Source of the DNA: the human T2T-CHM13v2.0 reference genome, Homo sapiens | NCBI RefSeq assembly: GCF_009914755.1 | Contig: NC_060925.1 | DNA length: 64,000 bases | Strand: one strand, 5' to 3' | Part shown: positions 59,111 through 64,000 of the stretch, piece after piece | Layout of the letters: each line of letters starts with the position of its first letter | Position numbering within the stretch: the stretch's first letter is position 1 | The notes under the pieces: model-generated | Database searches by the model: none | The model's input: only the letters and a program-made list of their open reading frames with translations | Told to the model about the DNA's origin: nothing | Translations under genes and position numbers: made by a program

Positions 59111-60666
59111 AGGATTGGGGAGGGTGCGGGGAGCAGGCCAGGGAGGGACAGTGCCTGTGCAGGAATTCCCACTATATGCTCTTAGCACCTGTCACATCCT
59201 TATCAAGCTCTACCCTAATTACTGGTGCACTCGTTTTCCCTTTAGACTGTACATTTTGTGTTATAGAGAGCATATCTTTTTATTCCTTGCTGTAGCTGCA
59301 GTTTCTAGCACAGATATGCTAGCACCTACTATGTGCTCAAAAATGTTGGTTGAATGGGTGAGAGAATGCTGAGCTCTTCCCAGATGCCATCACAATGCCA
59401 GGATAGCAGTTAGCTGAGGTTTGGGGAGGAGGGTGTATAGATTTAGAGGCTTCCCCACTCCCCGCTCCCCACGTTTCTTCTCATTCTGACTCTAGTGTAG
59501 AAGTCAAGTCCATCCTATATTTTATCTCAGAAGTTTTGGCAAATAACAAGGCATGCAATATTGACTAAGAGCCTCCAGGATCCCACAGGCCCCAGTGGGC
59601 CCCATTACCAGCTATTTGGAAGTTGAGGCAGACAGACTGAATTGGGTCGTTGAAGGAGTTTGCCAGTTTGTGGTGGGAATTGAGTTGAATTTATTATCAT
59701 TTTTGCCAGCAACCCTTTGCCACATATTTATTTAATCCAAGGATTCTAGAGAAAGCTAGGGGTTTGATGGGCAGGTGGCTGGATGCCAGCGTGGCCCGTG
59801 TTTGGGCTGGCACCCCTCACTCCACTTGGCGCTTTATTCCAAAGCTGTGGCACCCCTGCAACACACAGCAGCCAGTGTCTTGGGGTCTATGCCCGTGCCT
59901 AGGACTGGCCCATCCTGTCATGTGCGGAATTGGGCATCTGGTCAGATCTCACAGGAAATGCTGAATTTATATTTGCAGCTTTGAAAGCCAGGGAGAAACA
60001 GAAATGGACAGATCATTTGAAAATTCAAATTATTTGTTCCTTGTTTTTGCAGCGTTTCAGCCAGTAAGGTTTGTTTCACCTTCATAAAGGATGATTAATC
60101 GAACTAAGAGAAGAGCCCTGTCTAATTGTGTGTGGGTGTGTTTGGGGCAGTGTGATCATTGGAACACCAAGAGAATGATGCAGACAAATATTTATGCCCT
60201 CTTTGTTTCCTATTTCAATGGTAACATCATCTGTTAAAGTATTGCTCTTTGCAGGAGTATCCTGCATTAGAATGCTCGTCCCTTTGTCCCTTTCGGAATT
60301 GTCACTTTTCTTTATGAGAAAGTGTTTGGAAAAGCTTCTTAAATAAAATGTAGCTGAAAAATGTTGAAAGCACGACAGTAATAAAGTAGACATCACTGCC
60401 TAGAAAAAACGATCTGCTTTTGAAAAGAAAAACTACATTGAAACTGGCCAAATCACTTCAAATGGCTAGATTGCAAAATCATCCCAGGATGGATGAATGT
60501 TGTCAACATAGAAATGAGTGGTTGGAGATCTTCATTTGAAATGCATTATTAATTACTTCATAAGATGATACCTACAGACAAGCATAGAGAATAATGTAAT
60601 GTACAGCTGTTTACCCACCACTTAGCTTTCTTGATCAAATCTTACCCTTTGCCCCATTTAATTTGA

Positions 60667-61064
<398 letters not shown>

Positions 61065-61351
61065 ACATATTTTCATTCCAAAGTATTTGCAATACTTTTA
61101 TCACATATTTATGTATTTATTAACAATACATGGCATTGTTTTGCAGATTTTAAAAGTTTATATGAGACCATCCAATATTCTCTTGCAACATTGTTCTTAA
61201 GTGTTAGATCCTTACAGAGAGATGATAGAGAGAGATAGGGGTGTGTGTATGTAATAGGTATTATGTATCTTACATATGTATATCATAACAAGACATACAT
61301 ATATTTCTAGTTCACTTATTTTAACTGCTGTATAGAATTTTATTGCATTAA

Positions 61352-61698
<347 letters not shown>

Positions 61699-62141
61699 TA
61701 CTTGGATACTCTCATATTCCTAAAAGTGGAACTGTTGGGTGGTAGAGTACCTATACCTTCAGCGATTATCATTGCTGTCCAAGATGTTTGTATTGATTTA
61801 TGGTCCCAACTACAAGTGGAGTGTGTGATGGTTCCCATTTCTTCACATTCCCATCACAGACTTTGTCTTCATTTCTACTTTCCTTGCTACAGTGAGGCTG
61901 AGCTTCTTCTCATAGAGGGTTATTGGCCATTTGGGTTTCTTCTGTGAATTGCCCATTCTTTTCCTTGCTATTGGATTGTCTGTCTTTTAGTTATTGATTG
62001 ATTTGCAGGGATTCTTAATATTTTCTAGACCCTGATCTTGAGTTTGCTCTATGCATTACAACTGTTTTCTTCATTTTGATACTTTTAAGAAAGTGTTCCT
62101 AATGGTGTCTTGGTGGGTAGAAATTCTTAGTTTTGATGCAG

Positions 62142-62443
62142 TTTTTTTTTTTTTTTAAATTGAGATGGAGTCTCACTCTGTTGCCCAAGCTGGAGCGCAG
62201 TGGTGCAATCTTGGCTCACTGAAACCTCCACCTTCTGGGTTCAAGTGATTCTCTTACCTCAGCCTGCTGAGTATCTGAGATTACAGGTACCCGCCACCCC
62301 GCCCAGCTAATTTTTGTATTTTTAGTAGAGATGGGGTTTCACCATGTTGGCCAGACTGTTCTCAAACTCCTGACCTCAGGTGATCCACCTGCCTCGGCCT
62401 CCCAAAGTGCTGGGATTACAGGTATGAGCCACCGTGCCCGGAC
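62142..62443 (-). mobile_element. AluSx-like
   Basis: Dimer; TSD ATGCAGTTT. Confidence 0.92.
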
Positions 62444-63057
62444 AATGCAGTTTAATTTAATTTTATTTTTTATGTTAGTGCTTCTTGTTCTTGTTTACTA
62501 AATCTTTATCCTAATCCATAAATATTATCTTCTAAATAGTTTAGGAGTTTGGTTTGGCTTTCACATCCAAGTTTTAATCTATCTAAAATTCATTTTGTGT
62601 AGGAAAATTCTCCTTTTTTTCCGTGTTGGAAAGAGGTGTCCCATGCATTGGATGAGTCATCCTTTCCCCAGTGATGTGCATATGTCAAGTCTGTCCATAG
62701 ATGATTCCTGTCTTATGTCAAGTAGCTGCCTGTGCGTAGATCTGTTTCTGGGCCCCTTATGCCATCACTGTAGTCGTCAGTTTGTCTATTCTTGTCTCAG
62801 CACACCATCAGTTCAGTTGCTGTAGTTCACTGTAGCTTGGAAATAAGTCTTCACAGGTGGTTGATCACATTCTCCTCTCCCTCCTACCACTATATATATG
62901 TTCTGCATTTCACCTATTCTTGGCCTTTGCTGTTTCATGAACATTACGGAAGATAATCTTGTCAAAATCCTCAAATTCCTATGGGGAGATTTTGATTGGA
63001 ATTACATTAAATCTGTCAGTTTGGTGAGAATTGACCTATTTAGGATATTGAGTCTTC

Positions 63058-63367
63058 TTTTTTAAATTAATTGGTTAATTAATTAATTAATTAATTTTAG
63101 AGACAGAGTCTTGCTCTGTCACCCAGTCTGGAATGCAGTGGGGTAATCATAGCTCACTGCAGCCTCGAATTCCTAGCCTCAAGTGATCCTCCCACCTCAG
63201 CCTCCCGAGTAGCTAGGACTACAGGCATGTGCCACCATACCCAGCTAATTTTTACCTTTTTGGTAGAGACAGGGTCTCACTATGTTGCCCAGACTGGTCT
63301 CAAATTTCTGGCTTCAAACAATCCTCCCAAAGTCCTGGGATTACAGGTGTGAGCCACTGTACCCAGC
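63058..63367 (-). mobile_element. AluJ with (TTAA)n tail
   Basis: ATCATAGCTCACTGCAGCCTCG. Confidence 0.9.
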
Positions 63368-63612
63368 TGAGTTTTCTATCTTTGAACAGAAGATCTATCT
63401 TAGGTTAAACACTAATAATTTATTCTTATAAACTTTAGCTTTTAAATTGCAATTATGTGTTATTTTAAAAAGTATATTTTCTGTTTGTTGCTATTGTATA
63501 TAAATTAATTTATTTTTTGTATGTTGACCTTATGTTAGGCACTTTGGTGGAATCTTTTAATACTTTGCCTCTAGATTCTTTGAATTCTATGTAGATAATT
63601 CACACTCAATGA

Positions 63613-64000
<388 letters not shown>

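Overview
This is primate (most likely human or great-ape) non-coding genomic DNA, intronic or intergenic. It carries about 27 Alus (J, S and Y subfamilies), old L1M/L1P, L2 and MIR fragments, solo LTRs (MLT1A/C/D/F, MSTB, THE1B/C, MLT2, MER68) and DNA transposons (MER20, MER30, MER63A, MADE1). Repeat-free, TAAT/ATTA-rich blocks between them look like conserved enhancers. I can support no protein-coding gene, RNA gene or CRISPR array, and I cannot name the locus. The long ORFs are products of Alus, simple repeats or GC-rich sequence. Repeat subfamily calls come from recalled consensus sequences, not a database search. The most notable structures are: (1) a 49-bp VNTR of about 27 copies (20 identical) that expanded inside an MLT2 LTR; (2) three separate short dispersed direct duplications, each 1.3-1.55 kb from its partner; (3) an old L1P insertion combining a 5' inversion, a micro-inversion bounded by a perfect 19-bp inverted repeat, and a probable 3' transduction; (4) Alus with templated hairpin, 3'-truncation and same-site tandem insertion scars; (5) a possible 61-nt exon and a consensus CTCF site. 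I found no convincing novel biological system; the findings are mainly mutational-mechanism footprints and regulatory candidates.
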